NCBI GenBank assembly: GCA_963422205.2
Contig: CAXMWX010000003.1
Coordinates: forward strand, 96,001-160,000
Direction of reading: 5' to 3'
Length of the DNA stretch: 64,000 nt
Origin: Gammaproteobacteria bacterium
Lineage (GTDB): Bacteria; Pseudomonadota; Gammaproteobacteria; Eutrophobiales; Eutrophobiaceae
Shown: piece by piece, positions 40,697 through 51,621 of the stretch
Numbering within the stretch: the first letter of the stretch is position 1
How the letters are laid out: the number at the start of each line of letters is the position of its first letter
The notes under the pieces: model-generated
What the model saw: the letters and a program-made list of their open reading frames with translations, nothing else
Database searches by the model: none
What the model was told of the DNA's origin: nothing
Program-made: the position numbers and the translations under genes

Positions 40697-42736
40697 CTAC
40701 TTAACGCCGTCAGCACCCGCCCTGGTCTTGTGTGGCGGTTTTCTCTTAGGCCGAAATGCGCCCACGGCCTGCCTCAGCCGGGCCGACAACTCATGCCGAT
40801 TGCCATACCTGACGGCCACATAGACAGCAGAAATATCATGAACGACAGCGCTTAAATCCGGTCTTTGGCGGGCGATGCGCCGGGCAAAATCCTGCGGGCC
40901 TTCTGTTGCTGCGTGCATCACGCCGCAGCGTGCCAGCTTGCGGCAGAACGCATCATAGAGTTGCTTCGCCTCATCCACCGGCACAGGTCGCTGGCGGAAC
41001 AGCCACAGGGCGGCGATCAGCATCAGCAACAACACCACCATACCCAGCCCAACCAGCAGGACTTGCCATTGATGTTTTTTCAGCCCCAGGCGCTTGAGGA
41101 TAAGATGCTGGCGGCCTTGATCGTAACCCATGACCCATTTGTTCCAGTGATTGTTGACAGCATCCCAGCGATGACGCATCGCCAGCCACAGGTCGCGGGC
41201 CGCCCCGCCGACGTTAATCACGCCAGGCACATCACGGATGGCGGCGGGCAGGGCGCTCTGTATGCCGGCCTCAATTCGCGCCGGCGCCACCGCTGAAGTT
41301 GGGTCAACCCGCACCCAGCCCCGCCCATCCAGCCACACTTCCGCCCAGGCATGGGCATCACGCTGCCGGACGATCAGATAACCTCCAATCGGATTGATGC
41401 TGCCACCCTGATAACCCGTCACCACACGTGCCGGGATCCCGGCAGCGCGCATCAGGATTACAAAGGCCGCCGCATAGTGTTCACAAAAGCCCTGGCGGGT
41501 TTCAAACAGAAACTCATCGACAGTATCCTCAGTCAGCAATGGCGGGTTCAGCGTGTAGGAAAATTCCTGTTGGGCAAACAGGTTCAGGGCTTTGCCTATC
41601 ACGGCCCGTGTTCCAGGCCCCTCACGCTGCCAACGGCGCCCCAGAGCCACCGTGCGAACATGGTGATCCAGGGGCAACTGCAAGGCATTGTTCAACTCAT
41701 TTTCAGAGGCGGTGCCAAGGCGATAATCCAGCCAGGACTCGATGCGGTAACGCTGCCGACTGTGAATAGGTTTACGGCTGCGAAGCTGACGATCGTGGGT
41801 AAAATAGCCGGTGGCTGGTGTGGCTATCGGCAACTCCAGGGCGAATAACCAGCGTTGATCGGAAGGCTCCATCAACACCGTGTATTCAACCGGCTCACCG
41901 GCCACCTCCAGGGCGGCGGGCGGCAGCACCAGGCGGTTGCGATTCCAGCTAAGGCCATCAGTATACCAAAGCACCGGACCGCGCCAGTACAGCAGCGACT
42001 GATCCGGCACCGGGCCGTCAAACTCAACCCGGAAGGCAACCTCATCGGACAGCGTCAAGTTGCTGATGGTGCCAGGGGACATGGTATCGCTGAGACCGGT
42101 GAGGCCGCTGTGGGAGTCCTTGGGCAGGCTCCACAAGGGCCCGGGAATGCGGGGGAAAAGCACGAACAGGATAATTAACAGCGGCACCGACTGGATTAGC
42201 AGCTTGCCAGCGAGCCTGATCCTGGCGGCGTATGACTGCATCCTGGCCGGATCATTAAAATCAATCAGCGCAAATAACATGGCCAGGACACAGAGGATCA
42301 TGTACGCCGCGGTGATGATGCTTTGCGAATAAAAACAGTTGGTCATGATCAAAAAGCTGGCCAGGAAGGCGGTGATGTAATAATCACGCTCTCGCTGTAT
42401 CTCGGCGATCTTCATGCCCGCCAAGGCGATGAGCAGGGCGATCCCGGCATCCCTGCCCAGCAGACTGCCGTAGCTTAAAAAGATACCGATAAACATACAG
42501 GACGCCAGCACAGGCCGGATGATTCGCACCAGCACCGCACTGATGCTCGCCTCCTGCTGGACGGCGGGCGGTTGCAGCAGACGCCAACAGACCAGCAACA
42601 TAAAGGCCAGGGTAATCCAGCCAGGGATGCGCGGGATGTGCGGCAGCACGGACAAGACGATGGCCACCATGAGGAAGACCAGGCTGTGATCAACCTGCCG
42701 CCACCAGGCGGTCAAGCCGTCATTCAGAGAGGCCAT
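40697..42736 (-). CDS. Membrane transglutaminase-like protein (DUF3488/TgpA family)
   Basis: N-terminal TMs, YWRG, GFCEHYA, ARVVTGYQGG, AHAWAE and DPT catalytic motifs. Confidence 0.92.
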   Translation of the reverse strand: MASLNDGLTAWWRQVDHSLVFLMVAIVLSVLPHIPRIPGWITLAFMLLVCWRLLQPPAVQQEASISAVLVRIIRPVLASCMFIGIFLSYGSLLGRDAGIALLIALAGMKIAEIQRERDYYITAFLASFLIMTNCFYSQSIITAAYMILCVLAMLFALIDFNDPARMQSYAARIRLAGKLLIQSVPLLIILFVLFPRIPGPLWSLPKDSHSGLTGLSDTMSPGTISNLTLSDEVAFRVEFDGPVPDQSLLYWRGPVLWYTDGLSWNRNRLVLPPAALEVAGEPVEYTVLMEPSDQRWLFALELPIATPATGYFTHDRQLRSRKPIHSRQRYRIESWLDYRLGTASENELNNALQLPLDHHVRTVALGRRWQREGPGTRAVIGKALNLFAQQEFSYTLNPPLLTEDTVDEFLFETRQGFCEHYAAAFVILMRAAGIPARVVTGYQGGSINPIGGYLIVRQRDAHAWAEVWLDGRGWVRVDPTSAVAPARIEAGIQSALPAAIRDVPGVINVGGAARDLWLAMRHRWDAVNNHWNKWVMGYDQGRQHLILKRLGLKKHQWQVLLVGLGMVVLLLMLIAALWLFRQRPVPVDEAKQLYDAFCRKLARCGVMHAATEGPQDFARRIARQRPDLSAVVHDISAVYVAVRYGNRHELSARLRQAVGAFRPKRKPPHKTRAGADGVK

Positions 42737-43697
42737 AGGTTGCCAATGCGGTTAAACATCTGTGTTTGTGTGCATCGCCCTGACCGAATTCGGTACTGCT
42801 GCCGGGCAGCCGAAGTTGATAGGCACTGCCCTGTTGCTCGGCCTGCAATACCCACAGACACAGTTGCGACAAGCGGCTTTCGGTATCATTCAGATGCCGG
42901 GTCAAGTCCCAGTGCAGCACCAGCCGATGGCCACCTTCGCCCTGGTGCAGCTTGATCAAGGGGCCCTGCTCTCGTGCCAGTGCGCGCCAGTGGATATGGC
43001 GCAGGGGATCGCCCTGATGGTAGTTCCGAAAACCGGTAAACTCATCCACGCCGGCCCTGCTGCCAGATAACGCATCGCTGTCAAACGCTGTCACACCGGG
43101 CAGTGTCGGATTGCCGGCCGGATGCGGATAGATCAGGCAAGGCTGCTCAAGGTAGAGGTATGACCAGGCCCGGAACAGACCCATGGGATAGACGCTGCAT
43201 AGGCGCAAGCGGCCTAAAGACAGATAGCCTCGTTCTCTGGCGGGCAGGCTGATCTCACACGTATGCAGGCCATCTGTGTGCAGGTTGATGTGGTATTGCA
43301 GATCATCTGTCGGTTGTTTTGCATCATCATTTTTTCCTTCAGGCCAGGGCTGTATGCGAATGCCTGTCCGTGCCTGCCAGCCGTGATTGTTGATGAGCAG
43401 TGGAAAACAGGCAAGCTGTCCGGCAAAGACCGGTGCTGGCCGGCCCGGCTCAACCACCAGGCCACGCATATTGCGATAGGTGTGCAACAGACACACCATG
43501 AAGATGCTGATCAGCAGAAAGACCCATAAATAGGCCATGCTGTTGTTGTAATTGACCGCACCGAGCAACATACCGAACAACATGCAGCAGAAGAACAGCC
43601 CATGCCGGGTAAGAAAGATATACAGCCGCTCCCTTCTGCCGCTCATCGCCGCCTGACTGCCAGGCAGGGCATATTCGAGGTAAATGCCGGTTTGCAT
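42720..43697 (-). CDS. DUF58 domain protein
   Basis: Two TMs, P.GLFRAW and R.YHQGD.LRHIHW motifs; between moxR and transglutaminase. Confidence 0.9.
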   Translation of the reverse strand: MQTGIYLEYALPGSQAAMSGRRERLYIFLTRHGLFFCCMLFGMLLGAVNYNNSMAYLWVFLLISIFMVCLLHTYRNMRGLVVEPGRPAPVFAGQLACFPLLINNHGWQARTGIRIQPWPEGKNDDAKQPTDDLQYHINLHTDGLHTCEISLPARERGYLSLGRLRLCSVYPMGLFRAWSYLYLEQPCLIYPHPAGNPTLPGVTAFDSDALSGSRAGVDEFTGFRNYHQGDPLRHIHWRALAREQGPLIKLHQGEGGHRLVLHWDLTRHLNDTESRLSQLCLWVLQAEQQGSAYQLRLPGSSTEFGQGDAHKHRCLTALATYGLSE

Positions 43698-43718
43698 ACC
43701 AGATGAGCAAGAGCAGAT

Positions 43719-44690
43719 TTACGGGATAGGCACCTGGGTGACCAGGCGGGCGGCGGCGGAGTGATCCGGGCCGGCCTCAGCGCCGGAGATCTTCGGCAGA
43801 CGATGATCAATCACGCTGGCCAGCACCGCCTGGACATCCTCCGGGATCACCTGCATACGATTGTCTATCAGGGCCCAGGCACGGGCGGCATGCAACACGG
43901 CCAGCCCGGCCCGGGGCGATAAGCCATTGCCATACTCATTTGAGGTGCGGCTGTAGTCAAGCATGTTCTGCAAATAGTGCAGCAGGGGATCAGCAACGAT
44001 CACCTGTTCGGCCTGGTGCTGCAACTGCTGCACCTGTTCGGCAGTGATAACGGCATCGCAGGTAAGCAGCAGGGCGCGCCGATCCTCGCCCTTGAGCAGC
44101 TCCCGCTCGGCCTTGCGGTCAGGATGCCCCAGGCTGATACGCAACATGAAGCGATCCAGTTGTGACTCTGGCAGGGGGTAGGTCCCGACCTGCTCCAGCG
44201 GGTTCTGGGTGGCGATGACGAAGAAAGGGCAAGGCAGGGGACGTGACTTGCCTTCAATGGTGACCTGGTCTTCCTCCATCGCCTCCAGTAGGGCGCTTTG
44301 GGTGCGTGCCGTGGCGCGATTGATCTCATCGGCCAGGACAAGCTGGGAGAAGATCGGGCCGGCATGAAATTCAAACCTGCCGGTTTCCTTGATATACACC
44401 GAACTGCCCAGCACATCGCCAGGCAGCAGATCGCTGGTGAATTGAATCCGTTGAAAGCCGAGCCCCAGCGTCTTCGCCAGCGCATGTGCCAGAATCGTCT
44501 TGCCCACACCAGGCTTATCTTCGATCAAGAGATGCCCGCGGCCGATAAGGCAAGCCAGTGCCAGACGAATGGTGCGATCCTTGCCCAGGATGATCTGGTT
44601 GCTCTGTGCAAGCACATCGGCCAGCCATTGTTGCTGGCTGTCAGAGACCCTGTTGTGTTCTGCTGCCGCCGTCATCATTGTTGGTGTCAC
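43719..44690 (-). CDS. MoxR family AAA+ ATPase
   Basis: PGVGKT, RIQFTSDLLP, LADEINRA, ATQNP and QLDRF motifs. Confidence 0.95.
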   Translation of the reverse strand: MTPTMMTAAAEHNRVSDSQQQWLADVLAQSNQIILGKDRTIRLALACLIGRGHLLIEDKPGVGKTILAHALAKTLGLGFQRIQFTSDLLPGDVLGSSVYIKETGRFEFHAGPIFSQLVLADEINRATARTQSALLEAMEEDQVTIEGKSRPLPCPFFVIATQNPLEQVGTYPLPESQLDRFMLRISLGHPDRKAERELLKGEDRRALLLTCDAVITAEQVQQLQHQAEQVIVADPLLHYLQNMLDYSRTSNEYGNGLSPRAGLAVLHAARAWALIDNRMQVIPEDVQAVLASVIDHRLPKISGAEAGPDHSAAARLVTQVPIP

Positions 44691-44726
44691 TGAAGTGGTT
44701 AATCAGGCACGGTAAGGTAGCACGCC

Positions 44727-46055
44727 TTACTCGCCAGCAATCGTCATATTCTCAATCAGCACCGAGCCGGTTTGAATATTGCCTCGACGATCAACATCCT
44801 GACCGATGGCAACGATCTGCTTAAACATCTCGGCCAGGTTGCCAGCGACCGTGATCTCCTCAACGGGGTATTGTATCTCCGCCCCTTCAACCCAGAAGCC
44901 TGACGCACCGCGGGAATAATCACCGGTGACCTGATTGACGCCGAAGCCCATCATGTCGGTGATTAACAGGCCGGTATCCATCTGCTTGATGAGATCAGAC
45001 AGATTTTTATCGCCGTGTTGGACAACCAGATTATGCACCCCGCCCGCATTGCCGGTTGGCTGCATCCCCAGCTTGCGCGCCGAATACGCACTTAACACAT
45101 AGCTCTCCAGCACGCCGTTGCGAACAAAATGTTTATCACCGGTTGCCATGCCATCCTGATCAAAGGCGGCACTGCCGAGGGCAGCGGGCAGATGTGGCCG
45201 CTCGCAAATCTGCATATCACCAGGGAAGATCGGCTCGCCCAGCGTATCCAGCAAAAACGTCGCCTTGCGATACAGGGCGCTGCCGGATATGGCCGTGATC
45301 AATGCGGCAAACAGACTGCTGGCCACAGGCGCCTCGTAGATGACCGGCGCCTGCCGGGTAGTGAGTTTGCGCGCCCCCAGCCGTGCCAGGGTGCGCTCGG
45401 CAGCCTGCCTGCCGACAACGTCAATGTCGTCCAGGGCCTGACGGGTGCGCGCCCGGGTATACCAGCCATCGCGCTGCATCAGGCCGTGCTGCTCGGCAAT
45501 CAGGGTGCAGTCAATATGATGGCTCGACCAGTCCCAGCCGCCGGTAAACCCATGACTGTTGCCGTAGCAGTGGCTGCCGGCATAGGTGGACACCGTGGCG
45601 CCGTCAGAATTGGTAATACGCGCATCCTGCTCACGGGCAACGGTTTCACAGGCGATCGCTATCTCCCTGGCCTGCTCGGCTTCCAGCGCCCAGGGGTGAT
45701 ACAGATTCAGATCAGGCAATTCCGCCGCCAGATGCTCTGCCGCAATCAGGCCGGCACACGCATCTTCCCCCGCCTGGCTGGCAATCGTGCAGGCCGCCGT
45801 GACGGTGTCATCCAGGGCGCTGGCAGAGAAATCACTGCTGGAGGCCGAGCCTTTACGCTGGCCGATATACACACTGACGCCCAGCCCCTGATCGCGCTGG
45901 TGTTCAATCGTCTCCACCTGCCCCATGCGCGCCGTGACCGCCAGCCCACGGCCAATGGCGAGCGTGGCCTCGGCAGCGCTGGCGCCTTTTGCTTTTGCCA
46001 GGGCGAGGGCATTGTCAATAATATCTGCACAGGATGTATGGCTTAATGCGTCCAT
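44727..46055 (-). CDS. pmbA: Metalloprotease PmbA (TldE)
   Basis: DLNLYHPW, MQRDGW, TGNAGG, VTGDYSRGASG and PVEEITVAGNL motifs. Confidence 0.95.
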   Translation of the reverse strand: MDALSHTSCADIIDNALALAKAKGASAAEATLAIGRGLAVTARMGQVETIEHQRDQGLGVSVYIGQRKGSASSSDFSASALDDTVTAACTIASQAGEDACAGLIAAEHLAAELPDLNLYHPWALEAEQAREIAIACETVAREQDARITNSDGATVSTYAGSHCYGNSHGFTGGWDWSSHHIDCTLIAEQHGLMQRDGWYTRARTRQALDDIDVVGRQAAERTLARLGARKLTTRQAPVIYEAPVASSLFAALITAISGSALYRKATFLLDTLGEPIFPGDMQICERPHLPAALGSAAFDQDGMATGDKHFVRNGVLESYVLSAYSARKLGMQPTGNAGGVHNLVVQHGDKNLSDLIKQMDTGLLITDMMGFGVNQVTGDYSRGASGFWVEGAEIQYPVEEITVAGNLAEMFKQIVAIGQDVDRRGNIQTGSVLIENMTIAGE

Positions 46056-46106
46056 AGTGGCCTCTGATGTTATAATGATCGCGTATTCTATCATCCGAGC
46101 GCATTG

Positions 46107-48267
46107 ATGGACGTATCTGTTGTCTTAGACGGATTAAATGCCGCCCAGCGCCAGGCAGTGGCCGCTGCAACGGGCAACATCCTGGTGCTGGCGGGGGCCG
46201 GCAGTGGCAAGACCCGGGTGCTGACCCACCGCATCGCCTGGTATATCGAAACCGGCCAGGCCCAGCCTTATGGCATCGTCGCCGTCACCTTCACCAACAA
46301 GGCCGCCGCCGAGATGCGTACCCGCATAGAGCGGCTGTTGCAACGCCCGCCAGGCGGTATGTGGGTGGGGACGTTTCATGGCCTTGCCCATCGCCTGCTG
46401 CGCGCCCATTGGCAGGAGGCTGGCCTGCCGGAGAGCTTTCAGATCCTCGACAGTGAGGATCAATACCGCACCCTGCGCCGAGTTATGCGCTCGCTGAATC
46501 TGGATGAGGCACGCTACCCGCCCCGCCAGGCACAGTGGTTTGTCAATGCCCGTAAAGATGAGGGCCTAAGACCCCAGCACATAGACGGCCAGGGCGATCC
46601 TTTTTTGCAGCAGATGATCCAGATCTACCAGACCTATCAGCAGACCTGCGAGCGTGCCGGGCTGGTGGATTTTGCGGAATTATTGCTGCGCGTCCATGAG
46701 CTGTTGCGCGATAACCAGACGCTGCTGCGGCATTATCAACAGCGCTTTCGGCACGTACTGGTCGATGAATTCCAGGACACCAACGAATTGCAATACGCCT
46801 GGCTGCGCCTGCTGGTCGGTGAGACAGGCAATATTTTTGCCGTTGGCGATGATGATCAGTCTGTGTACAGCTTCCGGGGCGCGCGCATGGAAAACATGCA
46901 ATCCTTCCAGAGGGATTTTGCCGCTGCAAGCCTGTACAAACTGGAGCAGAACTACCGCTCTACCGCTAACATTCTTAACGCGGCCAATGCCTTGATCAGC
47001 CATAACCTGGCGCGCCTTGGCAAACAGTTATGGACGGGTGATGAGGCGGGGGCGAAGCTGGACGTGTATGCCGCCTATAACGAACATGATGAGGCCAGGT
47101 TTGTCGTTGATTGCATCAAGCTGGCAGCAGAGCAGGTGAATTATCGCGAATGTGCAATTTTATACCGCGTCAGCGCCTCATCCCGGGTGCTGGAAGAGAC
47201 ATTGCGCCAAGCCGCCGTGGCCTACCGCGTCTTTGGCGGCATGCGGTTCTATGAGCGTGCCGAGATCAAGGATGCCCTGGCCTACCTGCGCCTTGCACAC
47301 TACCGTAATGATGATGTCTCGTTTGAACGTATCATCAACACCCCGACGCGTGGCATCGGCCAGCGCACAATGGCAGAGATCCGGCAGCAGGCACGCCAGG
47401 TGAGCAGTTCACTCTGGCAGGCCAGCCTAGTGCTGGTAGAACAGCAGTCACTGTCCGCCAGGGCGCTGAATGCAGTGCAGCAGTTCCTTAATCTGATCGA
47501 GGCAATGGCCGTGGGTATTGAGGATAAACCGTTGCAAGAGGTGATGGATAACGTGATTAATCACAGCGGACTGATCCCGCACTTTCAAAAAGAGCGTGGC
47601 GAGAGAGGCGAGGCACGGATAGAAAACCTGGCGGAATTGGTGAATGCGGCGCGCGAGTTTACGGTGAATGCGGAGGTGCATGGTGACATGCCGCCCTTAC
47701 CGGCGTTCTTGGCCCATGCCGCCCTGGAGTCCGGGGAGACTCAGGCCGCCGCCCATACCGATGCGGTGAATCTGATGACTTTGCACACCGCCAAGGGGCT
47801 GGAGTTTGCCCAGGTGTATCTGGTGGGTATGGAAGAGGGCTTGTTCCCGCACCAGCGCAGCAGTGATGATCCGGTGAAGCTGGAAGAGGAGCGGCGGCTG
47901 TGCTATGTCGGCATCACCCGGGCGCAGAGAAAATTGACTTTCAGCTATGCCCTGCACCGGCGCCTGCATGGTACTGAATACCACCCGAAGCCATCGCGTT
48001 TTCTTAACGAGTTGCCGGCTGAATTGATCGCCGAAATACGCCCAACGCACACTGCGGATTTTTTACGCCCCTCCGGCAACGATGGGCAACGGCGATACCG
48101 CAGGCTTTAACCTCGGCCAGCGGGTCAGCCATGCCAGGTTCGGCGAGGGCACGGTATTAAATCTGGAGGGGCAGGGCAGCCAGGCACGCATTCAGGTGCA
48201 TTTTGAACAGGCCGGTGCCAAGTGGCTGGTGCTGGCTTACGCTAATCTGGAAGCGGTATTAGGCTAA
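46107..48267 (+). CDS. uvrD: DNA helicase II with +1 frameshift in a T6 run at 48059-48064
   Basis: AGAGSGKT, VDEFQD, LEQNYRS, HTAKGLEF and EERRL motifs; C-terminal GQRV.H..FGEG...KWL domain lies in the next frame (48082-48267). Confidence 0.95.
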
Positions 48268-48288
48268 CACAACGTAAAGGAAGTCATC

Positions 48289-49380
48289 ATGTCTTGTACA
48301 AAAAGCATGTTGTTGCTGTTCATTCTCATGCTGGTTGCTGCGTGTGCGGATAAACCGGATACCACAGGCGATCAGCCCATCGCCGATACCGGCAAGGTGT
48401 ATAGCTGGAAACTGACGACTGCCTGGCCGGCCAACTTTCCGGTATTGCAGGAGGCGCCGGAAATCTTCGCTGAGAAAGTACGCATCATGAGCAATGGCCG
48501 CCTGGATATCCGGGTGTATGCGGCCGGCGAGCTGGTGCCGGCTTATGAGGTCTTTGATGCGGTCTCGTTAGGTGCGATCGAGATGGGGCATGGGGCCTCG
48601 TATTACTGGGCGGGCAAGGTGCCAGCCGCCCAGTTCTTCTCGACTGTGCCATTCGGCATGACCCATACCAGCGCGCAGGCGTGGATTAACTACGGCGGTG
48701 GTCTTGCTCTGTGGCGTGAGTTGTATGCCCCCTTCAAGCTGGTGCCGTTTCCCATGGGTACCACAGGGATTCAGATGGGCGGCTGGTTTAATAAACGAAT
48801 CGATTCTGTGGCGGACATACAGGGCTTGCGTATGCGTATGCCGGGCCTCGGCGGCAAGGTATTGAAACAGGCTGGCGGTAACCCGGTGTTGATCGCCGGT
48901 GGTGAGCTGTATACCGCCCTGGAACGTGGCACGATCGATGCCACCGAATGGGTAGGCCCCTTCCATGACCAGCGCCTGGGGCTGAATCGGGCGGCAGATT
49001 ATTATTATTATCCGGGCTGGCATGAACCGTCCACCACGCTGGAGCTGATCATCAATAAGGATAAATGGGACAGCCTGCCCGCCGATCTGCAAACGATCGT
49101 GGAGATGGCGGTGGCGGCGATCAGCTACTGGAGCATGATCGTCATGGAACACCATAACATGCAGGCGTTACAGGAATTACAGCAGAGAAAAAACGTGCAG
49201 ATCCTGCCCTATCCTGAGGATGTGCTGGTGAAGTTAAAACAAATGACCCGCCTGGCCCTGGAGGAAGAAGCAAATAAAGATACTGACTTCAAACGGGTCT
49301 ATGAGTCCTATGAGAACTTCAGGACGAACCATCAGCCGTGGCGGGATATCTCTGAACGAGCGATGATGAATACCGAATGA
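48289..49380 (+). CDS. TRAP transporter substrate-binding lipoprotein (TakP/DctP-like)
   Basis: Lipobox VAAC, YYWAGK, QMGGWF, ALERGTIDATEWVGP and YYPGWHEP motifs. Confidence 0.92.
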   Translation: MSCTKSMLLLFILMLVAACADKPDTTGDQPIADTGKVYSWKLTTAWPANFPVLQEAPEIFAEKVRIMSNGRLDIRVYAAGELVPAYEVFDAVSLGAIEMGHGASYYWAGKVPAAQFFSTVPFGMTHTSAQAWINYGGGLALWRELYAPFKLVPFPMGTTGIQMGGWFNKRIDSVADIQGLRMRMPGLGGKVLKQAGGNPVLIAGGELYTALERGTIDATEWVGPFHDQRLGLNRAADYYYYPGWHEPSTTLELIINKDKWDSLPADLQTIVEMAVAAISYWSMIVMEHHNMQALQELQQRKNVQILPYPEDVLVKLKQMTRLALEEEANKDTDFKRVYESYENFRTNHQPWRDISERAMMNTE

Positions 49381-49434
49381 GCCTCGAATGATTCGGGAAT
49401 AATCCCTGGAATATTCCTGAGCTATGCCATGGGC

Positions 49435-49947
49435 TTACTGGCTGTTGGCTACCATATAATCAACGGCTGCCTTCACCTCATCATCGCTTAGGGCGGGATT
49501 ACCGCCTTTGGCTGGCATGGGTATGCCAGCAGCACCGGTGAAACCCACGATCGCACGTTCATAGAGCAGCGCCATACCCTGCTCAATGCGCGTTGCCCAG
49601 ACGGCGGCATCACCGATTTGCGGGATGTTTGGCAGGTTGGTGCTGTGGCAGGAAAAGCACAGGCCCTGGTAGACTTTCTCCCCAAGATCAACCGGCTCAC
49701 CGGCCATCACATCTGCCTTGGCCACCGCCACTTCAACGGCAGCGACAGCCCCGGCTTCGCCTTCTATCCGCACCTCTCCCACCGCCGCCGTATTGATAAA
49801 GGTGCGGTTTGCCTGGCTGGCAGAAATCGCCTCATCGTCGATACCGATGATCCTGGCGATGATCAAAAACAGGATGATCATGATGCCCAGCAAGGCGATG
49901 GTAATGGCGTAATTCTGAAAAAAAACCTTATCCTGTTCAGCATTCAT
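49435..49947 (-). CDS. Membrane-anchored cytochrome c5
   Basis: N-terminal TM, single CFSCH, MPAKGGNP.LSD. Confidence 0.9.
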   Translation of the reverse strand: MNAEQDKVFFQNYAITIALLGIMIILFLIIARIIGIDDEAISASQANRTFINTAAVGEVRIEGEAGAVAAVEVAVAKADVMAGEPVDLGEKVYQGLCFSCHSTNLPNIPQIGDAAVWATRIEQGMALLYERAIVGFTGAAGIPMPAKGGNPALSDDEVKAAVDYMVANSQ

Positions 49948-50007
49948 TGGTATAACCCTCAAAAGTTAATCATTGTGGCTTCTGGCTGATGCCAGTATAA
50001 CCTGTGG

Positions 50008-50265
50008 CTGCCCGTCAGCAAACAGGCGGTTCACATCGCCCCGGCTCGTACAACTTGCCACCGATGGGGTGACGGGCGAGGTAAAACAGGCCCTGGACAA
50101 TATCGGGACTGCATCACATACGCACAGCTATCCGATACCGGAGCGGGGCAAATGCCTTGTCATGCTTTCTGGATATGCAGGCTATCAAACCGGTTTTGCT
50201 TAGGCCCTGTTCGGCACACAATGCCCTGGGTGGAAGTTAAGTGTATCGCAGCGGTTGGTCAGTAA
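50008..50265 (+). pseudogene. Heavily decayed RidA/YjgF family remnant
   Basis: Ordered fragments in shifting frames: LPVS, QLATDGVTGEVKQALDNI, KCLVML, VEVKCIAAVGQ*. Confidence 0.65.
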
Positions 50266-50409
50266 GATACACAGAATAAGGCAGCACAAGCAGCGTATGC
50301 AGACGGCCCTGACAAGCGCTTAAAGGCACATGCTGTCTGCTCATCGCCGTTATCCTGTAGGCGATGTTAGTTGATAGGCAACCTGGCACATAGCCGCTAT
50401 AGTCTCACC

Positions 50410-51621
50410 ATGACAGCGAGTAACCCCCGGCAATTTCTGCTACTGCTTTGCGCCTCGGCCATGATCGTTGCTGTCAGTATGGGCATTCGGCAGGCGTTTG
50501 GGGTATTTCTACGGCCTGTTGTGCTTGATCTTGATATCATGCGGCAGGCGTTTGGCTTTGCGATCGCCTTGCAAAATCTGATCTGGGGCCTGGCACAGCC
50601 GCTTGCCGGTATGCTGGCAGATCGCTTCGGGGCATTTCGCATCGTGCTGATCAGCGGTTTTGTCTATTGTGCTGGCCTGCTATTAACCGCATTCAGCTCA
50701 TCAGCAGAGGCATTATACATGAGCGCCGGTATGCTGGTTGGCCTGGGCCTGGCGGGCAGCGGGTTCAGTGTCGTGTTGGGTGCGGTGGCCAGGTTAGTGC
50801 CAGAGCAAAAAAGAGGCCTGGCCCTGGGAGTCACCTCAGCCGGTGGTTCGATAGGCATGTTTGCATTTGTGCCGGCCAGCCAGTTGTTCATCGCCCACTA
50901 TGGCTGGTCTGTTGCAATGCTGGTGCTCGCCGGATGCAGCCTGATTATCCCGGCCTGTGCCCTGCTGTATAAAAACCTCCATGCCCCGTGGGCTGGGAGT
51001 ACAATGCCATCGGTTCATCTGGGCGAGATGCTTGGTCTCGCTCGATGTCACCGTGGCTACCTGCTGCTTAACTTGGGATTTCTGGTGTGTGGTTTCCACG
51101 TGGCTTTCATTGCCACTCACCTGCCTGCTTATATCGCCGATCACGCCTTGAGCCCAATGACAGGGACAGGGGCGATAGCCCTGGCCATGATCGGGTTCTT
51201 TAATATTATCGGCACCTTTGGGTTCGGCATCCTGGGTGATAAGTACCGCAAAAAATACCTGTTAAGCCAGTTGTACTTGGGCAGGGCGATCGTGATTGCC
51301 CTGTTTATGCTGATCCCTGTCAGTGATGTCAGCGTGATGGTTTTTGCGGCTGCCATAGGGTTATTGTGGTTGGGTACCGTGCCTTTAACCAGCAGCCTGA
51401 TCGCCCAGATCTTCGGCGCTCAACACATAGGCGCCTTGTTCGGGATTGTCTTTTTCAGTCATCAGGTCGGCAGCTTCCTCGGTGCCTGGCTGGGCGGGTA
51501 TTACTTCGATCTGACGGGCTCCTATGATCAGGTCTGGTCACTGTCAGTGATCCTGGGGGTCATCTCCGCCTTATTGCACTGGCCAATCGATGATCGGCAA
51601 GCCCTGCCCGCTGCGGCCTGA
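50410..51621 (+). CDS. MFS transporter
   Basis: About 12 TMs, GMLADRFG motif A, GFHVAFI and HQVGSFLG. Confidence 0.92.
   Translation: MTASNPRQFLLLLCASAMIVAVSMGIRQAFGVFLRPVVLDLDIMRQAFGFAIALQNLIWGLAQPLAGMLADRFGAFRIVLISGFVYCAGLLLTAFSSSAEALYMSAGMLVGLGLAGSGFSVVLGAVARLVPEQKRGLALGVTSAGGSIGMFAFVPASQLFIAHYGWSVAMLVLAGCSLIIPACALLYKNLHAPWAGSTMPSVHLGEMLGLARCHRGYLLLNLGFLVCGFHVAFIATHLPAYIADHALSPMTGTGAIALAMIGFFNIIGTFGFGILGDKYRKKYLLSQLYLGRAIVIALFMLIPVSDVSVMVFAAAIGLLWLGTVPLTSSLIAQIFGAQHIGALFGIVFFSHQVGSFLGAWLGGYYFDLTGSYDQVWSLSVILGVISALLHWPIDDRQALPAAA

Noticed and set aside
49385-49417. Three short adjacent GAAT-n-ATTC-like palindromes between convergent genes
   Set aside because: Too short and degenerate to assign; may be local duplication or terminator decay
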